Assembly (NCBI GenBank): GCA_018920185.1
Contig: JAHLMT010000003.1
Location: 2,055-66,054, forward strand
Direction: 5' to 3'
From: Candidatus Aenigmatarchaeota archaeon
Lineage (GTDB): Archaea; Aenigmatarchaeota; Aenigmatarchaeia; CG10238-14; SCSR01
DNA length: 64,000 nt
Part shown: positions 38,118 through 47,307 of the stretch, piece by piece
How the letters are laid out: the number at the start of each line of letters is the position of its first letter
How positions within the stretch are numbered: position 1 is the stretch's first letter
Translations under genes and position numbers: made by a program
The notes under the pieces: model-generated
What the model saw: only the letters and a program-made list of their open reading frames with translations
The model's database searches: none
What the model was told of the DNA's origin: nothing

Positions 38118-38739
38118 CGTTTTCACTTAACTTTATATTTGTTTTGATGAGTATTTAAATATTTTATTTTAATTGGAATTTATTGCGGTACTTTTAATAC
38201 ATCGAATTTACATACCATTCTTTAACCAAATCGTAGCTCACGACTATTATAAAACTATCTCTATCGGAATCATATTTAATCCGATTTCTTTAACAAAATT
38301 CCAGCAGTCAACTACCTCACTAGTAACTGTTCTACTAATAACAAGGGTAGTTGCGTGAAATTGTATGAAATGTGTATAGACCTATATTTGTTTGTTACTA
38401 GCATCTGTTAACTACGGAGATATCACCTAGAAAGTGGCATAAAAATAAATAGTCTGCACAGGAGTTGGTGCAGTTAAATCTCAATCTCATAGAAACTTTA
38501 CTGAGATGTCTAGCTTCTACTTTTTGCTCTTTGTAGGATATCTGTTCGTGCTTCTCTATTTACGATTTTCATCGTTACAAGTTCTGTCACTGAAATTGTT
38601 CCAGATTAAAATTCTCCACCAGATTCTACTTCGCACGAAGACCTTATTAATTGTTTTGGTGAGAGCTCTGCCATTTTCCATCTTTTGTTTACAGACCTCA
38701 TTTACAACCATAGAAAAAGGACCAGACTTTAACATCTCC

Positions 38740-39744
38740 TCACCCTCCACCTCCACCCCCAGATGGTGGTTGGCAGGTTCCTCTCCATACAAAAAACTCT
38801 CCACCAGGGTCTCTTTCGCATCTACAATCAGTTAATCCTGGTACTTGAGAATGCTCAGGTGGTGGGGCTATATCTGCTTTTTTGGGAGTACATGTATACC
38901 AAACTCCATCACCACCACAAACAAGACCATATTTTACCCTACTTCCATAAAATGCTCTACGCGGAATCTCTTTATAAGCTAATAGATTACATGCATTTCG
39001 GTCTCTTGCTTCATCAAAACATCTATCAGATATTTTCACATCATCACCAAACATAAAGTTATTAATAACTAGTCCACGTGGATTCCTTTCCTCGTCGCAA
39101 GCTGGATAGTCATGCCGGTAAGGAGTCGTGGCGCATCTTGCTAAATTTACAATTCCGTAAGTATCATGACACTCGACATCACTATCACCGTCTCTAACAC
39201 CACACCTAGGATTTGTAGGATCGCCGCCTGTGATTATCTGTCTTGGACTACAACCCCTACTCGTTATTTTATTTTGTAAGCACTCAGATAGGAATTGACA
39301 ATTTCCGTTTTGAATTAAAGTACCAGGACTGATATAATAAACTTGAGATTCGTCTATGTCGGGCATTTCGTCGTCAGCAAGAATGATACAGTTGTTTTGA
39401 ATTAAAATATTTCTTGTTGGATCTGTTTCTATCATAAAATAAGCAGTATAATAATTTGGAGCTCCACATCCGATCAGGTTTGTATCAGCATCTGTCCAAT
39501 GTTTTTTAATTCCTTCTCGAGATACGAGATGGAAAGCATGCACATCATGCTCACTAGAACCTACTTTCATTTTAACATGAATCGCTTTACCACTTTCCGG
39601 CACCCCAAACCCACCAAACTTCTCTTGCAACCACTCGAAAATATCAATTCCAAAAGCTTTCATCAGAAAAGACATGCCAACAATGATGACAGCTATCATT
39701 AGAAAAAGCTTCATCACGCCTTCGATGGCCATGGATTTGGACAT
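38740..39744 (-). CDS. pilin-like N-terminus, large Cys-rich protein, glycine-tailed
   Basis: 334 aa starting MSKSMAIEGVMKLFLMIAVIIVGMSFL. It has about 16 Cys and ends QPPSGGGGGG. Confidence 0.55.
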   Translation of the reverse strand: MSKSMAIEGVMKLFLMIAVIIVGMSFLMKAFGIDIFEWLQEKFGGFGVPESGKAIHVKMKVGSSEHDVHAFHLVSREGIKKHWTDADTNLIGCGAPNYYTAYFMIETDPTRNILIQNNCIILADDEMPDIDESQVYYISPGTLIQNGNCQFLSECLQNKITSRGCSPRQIITGGDPTNPRCGVRDGDSDVECHDTYGIVNLARCATTPYRHDYPACDEERNPRGLVINNFMFGDDVKISDRCFDEARDRNACNLLAYKEIPRRAFYGSRVKYGLVCGGDGVWYTCTPKKADIAPPPEHSQVPGLTDCRCERDPGGEFFVWRGTCQPPSGGGGGG

Positions 39745-39777
39745 TAATAATAATTTAGCTGGAGAGAAGTAAATAAA

Positions 39778-39954
39778 TTAACAATTTGGTAAAAGTGGTA
39801 CTACATTTTTAATAAAACATTCCAACCCTCTCAATAACAATCCGCCGAAAAATGCAGCTATCTTATCCTGGAAATACCAGATAAGAATCAAAGCAGTGAT
39901 AGCAAACACCAAAGCTATAACAATTCTTAATGTCTCGCCGAATGTGCCTTTCAT
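39778..39954 (-). CDS. mini pilin-like ORF (58 aa, below ORF-track cutoff)
   Basis: My own translation: MKGTFGETLRIVIALVFAITALILIWYFQDKIAAFFGGLLLRGLECFIKNVVPLLPNC. Its ATG immediately follows the TGA of the upstream mini-ORF. Confidence 0.4.
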   Translation of the reverse strand: MKGTFGETLRIVIALVFAITALILIWYFQDKIAAFFGGLLLRGLECFIKNVVPLLPNC

Positions 39955-40068
39955 TCATCCACCCTGAAATTTTTGTGTTAGTTGATATGCAGATAAAAGA
40001 ATCAACAAAGTTATCGCTAACATAATTATAAACCACATGATGAATGCACTAATCCCTCCTTTCTTCAT
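39955..40068 (-). CDS. mini pilin-like ORF (37 aa, below ORF-track cutoff)
   Basis: My own translation: MKKGGISAFIMWFIIMLAITLLILLSAYQLTQKFQGG. It starts 16 nt after the platform gene stop. Confidence 0.3.
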   Translation of the reverse strand: MKKGGISAFIMWFIIMLAITLLILLSAYQLTQKFQGG

Positions 40069-40084
40069 AATTTTATTTTGACTT

Positions 40085-42046
40085 TCATACTATTAACTTC
40101 TCTATAGATACCACAGAAGTGAACAAGTAATATGTGAACAAAAGCGTGGCGAAATATACAATGCAACTGTACATCAGAACTTTAGAAATCATCAGTCTTT
40201 TTAACAAATTCTCGTCACCATTTGTGATTGTGCTCAATGTTATGGCGATAATCGTCACTATTTCAATAAGGTATATCCCAACAATCAGCTGGAAGCCGTG
40301 AATTGGTATAATCGCGCTCAAGTTAGTTATTGAAGACAAAACTCCAGTTCCGATGTCACCAGCTGGGCCTAATGATGAACCTATGTTAGAATAAATTGAA
40401 TGTATCGCCTCGCCCAATGAAATTAAAAGTCTTGTCATTATAGCTGCTATAGTTACCACAACACCAGCACTTAACGGAGCAAGGATGACACTTTGTATGT
40501 TCATCGTCGACGTCACTTCTTCAAGCAAGTTTTTCAATTCTTCATCCACTTCATGCATATCCTTCAGATATTTTGAAATTATAACCATTGCTTTTGATGC
40601 GCTTTGCATTCCTCTCTTTGAAGTTTCTACTATCACATGCATCGTAGATTCTACTATAGACGATGGGAAATAATTGATTGCACCATACCTTTTATCAAAA
40701 ATGGAATTTTCAAATGTCATGCCGAATGTTTCTATGTTATATAAAATTTTGTCGAAGAATTTTGATATTCCTAAATTTTTGATATCATTTTTTATTCTTC
40801 TCAATGCAGTTTCTAGAGGAATCCCGCGGAGGATCATGTTACCTAATTGAAACAATGCTTCTGCAAATTCGTTCTCTATATCAAAGATTTCTTTTCTTAT
40901 TTTCAGCTTTCTTTTTACAGAGAGGTAGCTGTATGTTATGATACCTAGGGATATACCTAAGGTAATTAACATTGAATGGATGAGCAGACTGAAGCTGAAC
41001 ACACTTTTTTCGCCTATAATGTTGAATAGCCCGAATGCAATTAATGGTAGAGAAACTAGCAATGGTATAGTGTACGGTTTCTCGTAAAATTTAACTACAA
41101 AAAAATCTGGGTGTTTGCTTAAATCTGGTTGGTGGAAACTGTAGGGTCTTTTTTCCAGATAATTGTTCATGAAAAGATAAACTATCAAAGGAAGAAAGAA
41201 ATCATAGCCTAAAGCTAGAGCAACAGGTTGAATTAACTCTGGGAGAAACAGACTAACTATAGGGAAGAAAACTAATCCAATTATCGGTAGTAAGATTCCT
41301 AAAGCATTCAGAATTGTAACAGGTTCTTTCAATTGGCGGGAGTATATTCTCATTCTTTCTTTTGTACCATCTAGCATGACAGAAACAGCTTCGTCGAGAA
41401 ACCTCTCTCTTTTTGTCTGTGATTCTACACTAGAATTTTTTATCAGATAGAGTGATTCTGTGAATTCTTTATTTTCTCTCTCCCATTTTTTAATAAAGTA
41501 ATCTAAAGCATCTTCGATTCTGTCGTATTTTCTTGTGTAAACCCCCCATAAAAGCTCTCTCAAATCTATTGCAAGCGCCCCTTTTAGATTTCTTGCAGCA
41601 AATCTGACAGCATTCTCTAGATTCGGTGATAAGTGCATGGAAATGCTCATGTAGATTGTTGCAAGGACCATTTCAGACGAAGCATTAATTCTAAAAACAG
41701 TCGAGTAGTGGGAAGGGTAGTTGAAGAGAAAGTAGAATGCTATACTAGCTAAAATAAGAGAAAATATTACAGATGAGAAAGAAAGGGAATCAAAGATTAC
41801 AAGGAATGTTATAGAAACCAAAAGGATTAATAAAGTCGATAGAATTGCTAGAGAAAACGCTCCTTTTGGTGTAGCTTTCAAGTGGGAGAATTCAATTGCT
41901 TCCCGATAATTTTTTTCTAAACCTTTTGGTATTGGAAATATAGAAAATTTTTCAGCTACATTACATAACTTTTCATAAAGGGTGAGTTTTTTGGCTAATT
42001 TCTCTTCTCTTAGGAATTCTTCATATTCGCGAGAGATTATCGGCAT
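40085..42046 (-). CDS. polytopic membrane platform protein (FlaJ/TadC/T2SS-F-like)
   Basis: 653 aa with two blocks of TM helices separated by soluble helical domains. It sits in an operon with the secretion ATPase. The family is inferred from architecture and context. Confidence 0.6.
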   Translation of the reverse strand: MPIISREYEEFLREEKLAKKLTLYEKLCNVAEKFSIFPIPKGLEKNYREAIEFSHLKATPKGAFSLAILSTLLILLVSITFLVIFDSLSFSSVIFSLILASIAFYFLFNYPSHYSTVFRINASSEMVLATIYMSISMHLSPNLENAVRFAARNLKGALAIDLRELLWGVYTRKYDRIEDALDYFIKKWERENKEFTESLYLIKNSSVESQTKRERFLDEAVSVMLDGTKERMRIYSRQLKEPVTILNALGILLPIIGLVFFPIVSLFLPELIQPVALALGYDFFLPLIVYLFMNNYLEKRPYSFHQPDLSKHPDFFVVKFYEKPYTIPLLVSLPLIAFGLFNIIGEKSVFSFSLLIHSMLITLGISLGIITYSYLSVKRKLKIRKEIFDIENEFAEALFQLGNMILRGIPLETALRRIKNDIKNLGISKFFDKILYNIETFGMTFENSIFDKRYGAINYFPSSIVESTMHVIVETSKRGMQSASKAMVIISKYLKDMHEVDEELKNLLEEVTSTMNIQSVILAPLSAGVVVTIAAIMTRLLISLGEAIHSIYSNIGSSLGPAGDIGTGVLSSITNLSAIIPIHGFQLIVGIYLIEIVTIIAITLSTITNGDENLLKRLMISKVLMYSCIVYFATLLFTYYLFTSVVSIEKLIV

Positions 42047-42072
42047 TATTAAATTTTAATTTTTAAGAAGAA

Positions 42073-42375
42073 TTAAGATTGAGGGCATGGACTATTCGGG
42101 ATGGGTTTCCAACCTGGTATTATAGTTTGGCAGAAATTTCTGCAGTTTTGGGTATTTAATTCTCTGGCGCTACCGCATTTTGTTCTCTGCTTCTCCCAAT
42201 TTTCTATAGTTTGAGCTCCACAAAATTCTACTTTTCTTGCTGTACATTCTGCTTCTGATCCAACACTGCCTCCCCTTCCTCCAGTTGAAATAAACCAATA
42301 GGCTAAAACTACAACTACTATTACACCTAGTATCAGAGCTATAATATGCGGAATGGGGATTGTAGCTTTTCTCAT
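42073..42375 (-). CDS. type IV pilin-like protein, IPIPYIIAL family
   Basis: 100 aa starting MRKA|TIPIPHIIALILGVIVVVVLAYW, with a 7-Cys head. Confidence 0.6.
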   Translation of the reverse strand: MRKATIPIPHIIALILGVIVVVVLAYWFISTGGRGGSVGSEAECTARKVEFCGAQTIENWEKQRTKCGSARELNTQNCRNFCQTIIPGWKPIPNSPCPQS

Positions 42376-42387
42376 AATAATTAACCA

Positions 42388-42753
42388 TTACACTGGGCAA
42401 CAAAGAACTTGATTACTCCGACAACCTGCAAGTCCTCCTCCTATGTTTTCATATCCACTACTACATGGTGGTGATTGCCCTTGTGGGATATCTCTGCATT
42501 CACATCCTAAAATGGTTTTACATCTCTCTTGGTCTGGTCTCTCACAATTGCCAAGTGGCACAAGTGGTTGGACACTGAAACGCGTTAGTTTCCACTGTGA
42601 ACAATACAGATGTTGCCTTGTATCACATTGAGTTGTCTGACCCGTACCGATGGTCTTGGAACTTTGATACGATATCCAATAACCAAGAAGGGCAATCAAT
42701 ATAACGCCAAAAATTAAAGCAATTATATACGGGATTGGTATGGCACCTTTCAT
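42388..42753 (-). CDS. type IV pilin-like protein, IPIPYIIAL family
   Basis: The track ORF extends to 42807 on a non-ATG start and would overlap the ATPase gene. The internal ATG at 42753 gives MKG|AIPIPYIIALIFGVILIALLGYW. It has an 11-Cys head ending VLCCPV. Confidence 0.6.
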   Translation of the reverse strand: MKGAIPIPYIIALIFGVILIALLGYWISYQSSKTIGTGQTTQCDTRQHLYCSQWKLTRFSVQPLVPLGNCERPDQERCKTILGCECRDIPQGQSPPCSSGYENIGGGLAGCRSNQVLCCPV

Positions 42754-42773
42754 AAATATTACTTTGATTTTCT

Positions 42774-45011
42774 TTAACTTATTCTTTTCTTTAACCACTC
42801 CAACCATTTGTCATATATCATGTCTGAATCCAGTGCGCCTACTTCCTGGCGAACCTGCTCTGATATAAGATGGAACATAGAATTTGACTCAACTACATTC
42901 TCTGCTTCAAGTATATGATCCTTTCCAGATTTGACTGCCAAGTCAACCAGCGTTTGCTTTACTCTCGCACGTAACATAATATTGTCCCATACAGCATCCC
43001 ATTGTCCTCTCCATTCTCTAACTCTTTTGGCTATTTCATTCAACACTTGCGACTCGCCATCAATCAAAGTATCAGTTGGTTTAAGCTTGTCTTCCTTCGC
43101 AGAATATTCCATCAAATTAACAAATCCTCCTTCATCTAATGGATCGCTTTTCCACAGTTTTCTTACTTCTGTTAGTTCTGTCACTCTTCTGAATCTGTGT
43201 AAGCCGTCGGGAGATTTCAACTGATTGCAAACTGTGATTAAATCTAAAGCTTTGAAGCTTGTTGGTGGAACGCCCAAATCATGGACAACTCTGTCATACA
43301 CACCATAAGCTGACTCACCATGAATGGTACCGGCAACTACATTAGCCAAAGCGCCTACTCTCATCGCCTCATATAGAGCTAAGCTTTCTACAGATCTCAC
43401 TTCACCTATGATTAAAACAGAATCGCCTAATCTTAATGCAGTCCTTAATGCTTCATCCGCAGGTAATTCTGTCTCTACTCTTGTAATTACAGAACGAGAT
43501 TTCATTCTTTCTATGTTGTAACCCAATTGTCTTAGTGATGTAACAGGAAGTTCTAGAGTATCTTCAACTGTAAGAATGCGAAACTTAGGCATTATTTCTA
43601 GCATTAACGCACCCAACAGAGATGTTTTCCCCGATCCCCGACCACCAGCAACTAGTAAAGCTCTTCCACCATCGACGATAAAACTCATCAACCCGGCATA
43701 CAGAGAATCAAACATTTTATACTTGATTAAAAGTGGGAATGTCCATGGCTTTTCTCTATGTCTTCTAAAAGCAAATGCCAACCCTTCTGGTGATAATGTT
43801 CTTGTGATAGCTGCTACTCTTGCCCTACCGCCGGGAACTAATAATTCTGTATCTAAAACTGGATTTGACTCGTCCAATGGACGGCCAGAATACAATCTAA
43901 ATCTTGTTGCCCATGATTCTGCGTCTTCAATTGTTGGAATTAGGTTTGTTTCACATTCTTCAAAATCTGAATGGTTTATGTAGATGGGACTGGAACCTAT
44001 AGGTGCATTAATAAATATATCCTGAATTTTTTCATCGGATAGCAAGAGTTCCAGAATGCCGAAACCAGCTGTGTATCTGGATAAGATTATAGCCAATTCT
44101 TCTATTTCTTGAGCTGTCAGGTTTACATTCATGGTTCGTGAGATATCACGAATTAAATCTCTTCCCAAATTTTTGAAAAGTTCTCTTGATTTTTCTGGTT
44201 CGATTGTCTCTGCCTCTGTAGGACGGTGAGCTACAAGATACCTTCTAGCCGAATCTAGTATTGTATACTTTTCATCGCTTAGCACGAATTCCTTTGGAAT
44301 TATATGATAAAGGTATCGTACTTTTGTTGGGAGTTTGTATATCTCAACATCAGCTCCGGGAAGAGAATATTTTTCTACTAGTTTTGCCCCTTTCGGAATT
44401 GTCAACATGAATCTTGTTAACATGAAATTTGGACGAACTGTTGGTGAAAACAACTCGCGATATATATCTCTACTACCAATTTGATAATTTTGCAGAATTG
44501 GTAAAGCCTTTTGAATTAATGTGCATCCTTCAAGAATGTTCTTAATTGGAATCAAGGCATTGTCTAAATAATGCGTGAAACATATCTTCTGTTCGAATGG
44601 TGCTGTACCTTCCAATACTTTGTTTGCATTAACCATCTTAACTATTCGCAGATAAGCACCTATTGGATCTTTTCTTAAAACTTCAAAAATTAGAAATTGT
44701 AAATCTGCGAGCCTTTTTGGAAAAAGTTTTTCGCATTGTGGAGGACCTAAATTTTTCAGACTAATAATCTTATCGATGTTCAGAATTCGGTTGTAAGCTT
44801 CAGCAATTTCACGCAGCATTTTTGTTTGTTCTGCATCATACTCATTCTCACGAGCTTCGATTAAAACAACTCGATTGGCGTCACGAGCTTTTAAAAGGGT
44901 ATCAATAACAATAGCCATGGTAGCTTCTGAATCTTCTATACTCGGGGCTATAGCCCAATTCATGCAATTGATTCTCAGAACACCGTCGACGACTTCATAT
45001 TCTATGGCCAT
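42774..45011 (-). CDS. type II/IV secretion system ATPase (FlaI/PilB/VirB11 superfamily) with long N-terminal extension
   Basis: 745 aa with Walker A LVAGGRGSGKTSLLGAL and Walker B region VLIIGEVRS, followed by the conserved GTIHG segment. About 330 aa precede the ATPase core. Confidence 0.9.
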   Translation of the reverse strand: MAIEYEVVDGVLRINCMNWAIAPSIEDSEATMAIVIDTLLKARDANRVVLIEARENEYDAEQTKMLREIAEAYNRILNIDKIISLKNLGPPQCEKLFPKRLADLQFLIFEVLRKDPIGAYLRIVKMVNANKVLEGTAPFEQKICFTHYLDNALIPIKNILEGCTLIQKALPILQNYQIGSRDIYRELFSPTVRPNFMLTRFMLTIPKGAKLVEKYSLPGADVEIYKLPTKVRYLYHIIPKEFVLSDEKYTILDSARRYLVAHRPTEAETIEPEKSRELFKNLGRDLIRDISRTMNVNLTAQEIEELAIILSRYTAGFGILELLLSDEKIQDIFINAPIGSSPIYINHSDFEECETNLIPTIEDAESWATRFRLYSGRPLDESNPVLDTELLVPGGRARVAAITRTLSPEGLAFAFRRHREKPWTFPLLIKYKMFDSLYAGLMSFIVDGGRALLVAGGRGSGKTSLLGALMLEIMPKFRILTVEDTLELPVTSLRQLGYNIERMKSRSVITRVETELPADEALRTALRLGDSVLIIGEVRSVESLALYEAMRVGALANVVAGTIHGESAYGVYDRVVHDLGVPPTSFKALDLITVCNQLKSPDGLHRFRRVTELTEVRKLWKSDPLDEGGFVNLMEYSAKEDKLKPTDTLIDGESQVLNEIAKRVREWRGQWDAVWDNIMLRARVKQTLVDLAVKSGKDHILEAENVVESNSMFHLISEQVRQEVGALDSDMIYDKWLEWLKKRIS

Positions 45012-45053
45012 TCCATCTATTATTTATTTGAATGGTTAAACAAATCTTTTATA
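45012..45053. promoter_or_regulatory. 42-bp divergent promoter region
   Basis: TATTTATTT (45021-45029) lies 25-33 nt upstream of the + strand ATG. The reverse complement of TCTTTTATA (45045-45053) lies 34-42 nt upstream of the ATPase ATG. Both are TATA-box-like, which implies leaderless or very short leaders. Confidence 0.4.
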
Positions 45054-45479
45054 ATGGCTCTACCAGCTTTACCATCATTACCTTTTGAAAAACACGAGGG
45101 GGACATAACCAAATTAACTGCAGAGCTTGTTAAAAGGGTAAATGACGATAATAGAAGAATAAGAATCATAGAACAGAGGATCGACAGATTGGAAAATTCG
45201 ATAGAATCAATACAGGAAAATACACTTACTCAGTTAAATGACCTGAAACTTGCACTTGAAAAAATTAATAACAAAATTGTTTCTGTGTCTGAAAAATTGG
45301 CTAACCTAGAAAGCGAGATTCTCAGACTTAACAAAGAACTATCTAAAACCGCTACAAAAAGAGAATTGAAACAAATGGAAACTTTTATTGATTTAATAAA
45401 CCCTATTACAGCAAAGTTTGTCACTAAAGATGAAGTAGAAAAAATGATTGAGACTGTGTCGAAAAACAAAAAAGCTTAG
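45054..45479 (+). CDS. coiled-coil protein (MALP N-terminus)
   Basis: 141 aa with heptad-like charged/hydrophobic periodicity through most of the length. No family recognised. Confidence 0.5.
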   Translation: MALPALPSLPFEKHEGDITKLTAELVKRVNDDNRRIRIIEQRIDRLENSIESIQENTLTQLNDLKLALEKINNKIVSVSEKLANLESEILRLNKELSKTATKRELKQMETFIDLINPITAKFVTKDEVEKMIETVSKNKKA

Positions 45480-45518
45480 ATTTATAGTAATTAAAAGGAA
45501 ATTAAATATAGTGAAATA

Positions 45519-46181
45519 ATGGCTTTACCCTTTTTAAAGAATCCTCTAACTAAAGGCAAGGGCACGATACCCGTTGAACGTGTGAGAGATTTAACAAGTA
45601 AAGGATTTTCTGAAGTTGAAGTTATCGATATCTTGAGGAAGGAGGGATACTCTCCGGGAGAAATTGATACAGCATTGACACAAGCTTTAAAATTTGCTGC
45701 AACTGCACCACAAACAGAACCAACAGAACCAGCAAAATATCCAAATGAACCAACTCTACCAACATTGGAAGAAATTGTACCCGAACCTCAACAACAAACA
45801 CCACAGATACCCGAGACTTCTCTACCTCAGGAATACTACCAAAGTTATCAGCAGAACTATCCTACAGAAGAGTACGTTGATTATGTTGTACAAGCAAGAA
45901 TGGGCGAAATAAATCAGAAAATAACTGAATTCTCTGTGAGAGCTCAGGAAATTGAGAGAAGGATAAATGAGATAAATGACAGGATAAATGAAATAATGAG
46001 CTTAAGAAATGCTGAACAAACACAGATTCTAAGCAAGATAGAGACATTCAAAGAAAGTGTTGGTGAGATAGAAACTAGAATCGGGAGCTTAGAAAAGGCA
46101 TTTAAAGAAACTCTACCTGCATTAATAGAATCTGTCAGGGCTTTAACCGATTTGGTTCAAAGACTGAAAAGAGAAGTTTAA
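45519..46181 (+). CDS. coiled-coil protein with small helical N-domain and Pro/Gln/Glu-rich linker (MALP N-terminus)
   Basis: 220 aa. It has an N-terminal ~60-aa helical module (GFSEVEVIDILRKEGYSPGEIDTAL), a PQTEPTEP linker and a C-terminal coiled coil. Confidence 0.5.
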   Translation: MALPFLKNPLTKGKGTIPVERVRDLTSKGFSEVEVIDILRKEGYSPGEIDTALTQALKFAATAPQTEPTEPAKYPNEPTLPTLEEIVPEPQQQTPQIPETSLPQEYYQSYQQNYPTEEYVDYVVQARMGEINQKITEFSVRAQEIERRINEINDRINEIMSLRNAEQTQILSKIETFKESVGEIETRIGSLEKAFKETLPALIESVRALTDLVQRLKREV

Positions 46182-46214
46182 GTTTTATACCCACCAACTA
46201 TATATTAGATACTC

Positions 46215-46691
46215 ATGGCATTTCCTATAGAGAATTTTCTTTCGCCTAATCTAACAAATATGTTGATAACTTTTGTAATTCCTTTTCTGATAATTTTTAC
46301 TGTGCTTTTAGCTGCTCTAAAAAGAACACGAATTTTAGGGGACAATCTCTTCATTTATGTTATAATTTCTCTGGGGTTGACAACAATGATTTATGCTATT
46401 AATCCTAACAATATTTTCGGGTTTCTTACATCTTATTTGTTTCAAATCGGAGTTATTGGAAGTATTATTGCCTTGATAGGTATAATTGCTGTATTTTTCT
46501 TTACCATAATCAGGAAAGGTGTTGAAACTGCTTCTAAAGCCGGGGGAATGAAATTAGAATCTATACTTAAAGAAGAGAGAAGACTCGAACAAAGAATTAT
46601 GAAAGAAGGCGATTTAAACAGACGATTACAACTACTACAACAACTAGAAGATCTCCAAAGAAAAGAAAGAGCTTTGAGATATAGAAAATAA
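46215..46691 (+). CDS. membrane protein, FLLPFIL-motif family, with C-terminal coiled coil
   Basis: 158 aa. ITFVIPFLIIFTVLLAALKRTRILGDN is shared with the next three genes. It has ~3 TM and a charged helical tail. Confidence 0.5.
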   Translation: MAFPIENFLSPNLTNMLITFVIPFLIIFTVLLAALKRTRILGDNLFIYVIISLGLTTMIYAINPNNIFGFLTSYLFQIGVIGSIIALIGIIAVFFFTIIRKGVETASKAGGMKLESILKEERRLEQRIMKEGDLNRRLQLLQQLEDLQRKERALRYRK

Positions 46692-46767
46692 ACATTTTTG
46701 CATCAGGTGGAAAGCATTAGCTAACGAAACCTTAAATTTTTACTAAACCAAATTATCAAAAGGTAAA

Positions 46768-47307
46768 ATGGCTAATATTTTCCAGATTGCTGTCGAGAGG
46801 TTAGTTGAAGTAGGTTTCTATAATTTTCTATTACCATTCATATTATTCACAGCTATTCTCTATGCCGTCCTAAGGAAGACTCAGATTTTGGGTGATTCCC
46901 CAATAATTCATGGTATCGTCTCAGTTGCAGTAGGTTTGTTTGTTTTTGGCATGCCTGTACTTGTTGGTGCAGACATATCTGGTGGTTTGTCTGCATTTTT
47001 AACACAAGGTGTTATAGGGATGCTTGTTGTAATATTCGGATTCTTGATTGCAAGTTTCTTCTATCCTAACATATCAGAGAAATTACCTGAAATTTTTAGG
47101 GGTGGTGGGCCAGCCACCTGGCTTATTTGGGCTGTTGTTGGATTTGCTGCTGCTTTTGGTTTGTTTGCATTTGTACAAAAGCCTATTGCAAAAGCATTAA
47201 CTGCAGCAAAAGTTCCTGGCGAGTTGATAGCAATAACAATAGTTCTCATGATAATCTTTGCAGTATTTTTAATAGTTGCGATGGCTGGGGGTAAGGAGGT
47301 AAAGTAA
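46768..47307 (+). CDS. membrane protein, FLLPFIL-motif family
   Basis: 179 aa with YNFLLPFILFTAILYAVLRKTQILGDS and ~5 TM. Confidence 0.55.
   Translation: MANIFQIAVERLVEVGFYNFLLPFILFTAILYAVLRKTQILGDSPIIHGIVSVAVGLFVFGMPVLVGADISGGLSAFLTQGVIGMLVVIFGFLIASFFYPNISEKLPEIFRGGGPATWLIWAVVGFAAAFGLFAFVQKPIAKALTAAKVPGELIAITIVLMIIFAVFLIVAMAGGKEVK

Noticed and set aside
38556-38804. 82-aa minus-strand ORF in the pilin-operon gap, including a possible 59-aa version starting just after the upstream stop.
   Set aside because: It overlaps the end of the 334-aa gene in another frame. The apparent ribosome-binding purine run is just the glycine codons. The product is basic and Trp/Arg/Asn-rich, with no signal or motif.
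43576-43983. 135-aa antisense ORF inside the secretion ATPase gene. Similar shadow ORFs occur at 6101..6532, 6732..7214, 8294..8668, 15061..15474, 21517..21834, 35208..35585, 47399..47758, 48169..48507 and 58578..59048.
   Set aside because: Each is nested opposite a longer ORF that has recognisable motifs or clear paralogs. None has its own motif or a plausible start context. They are typical antisense shadow frames.
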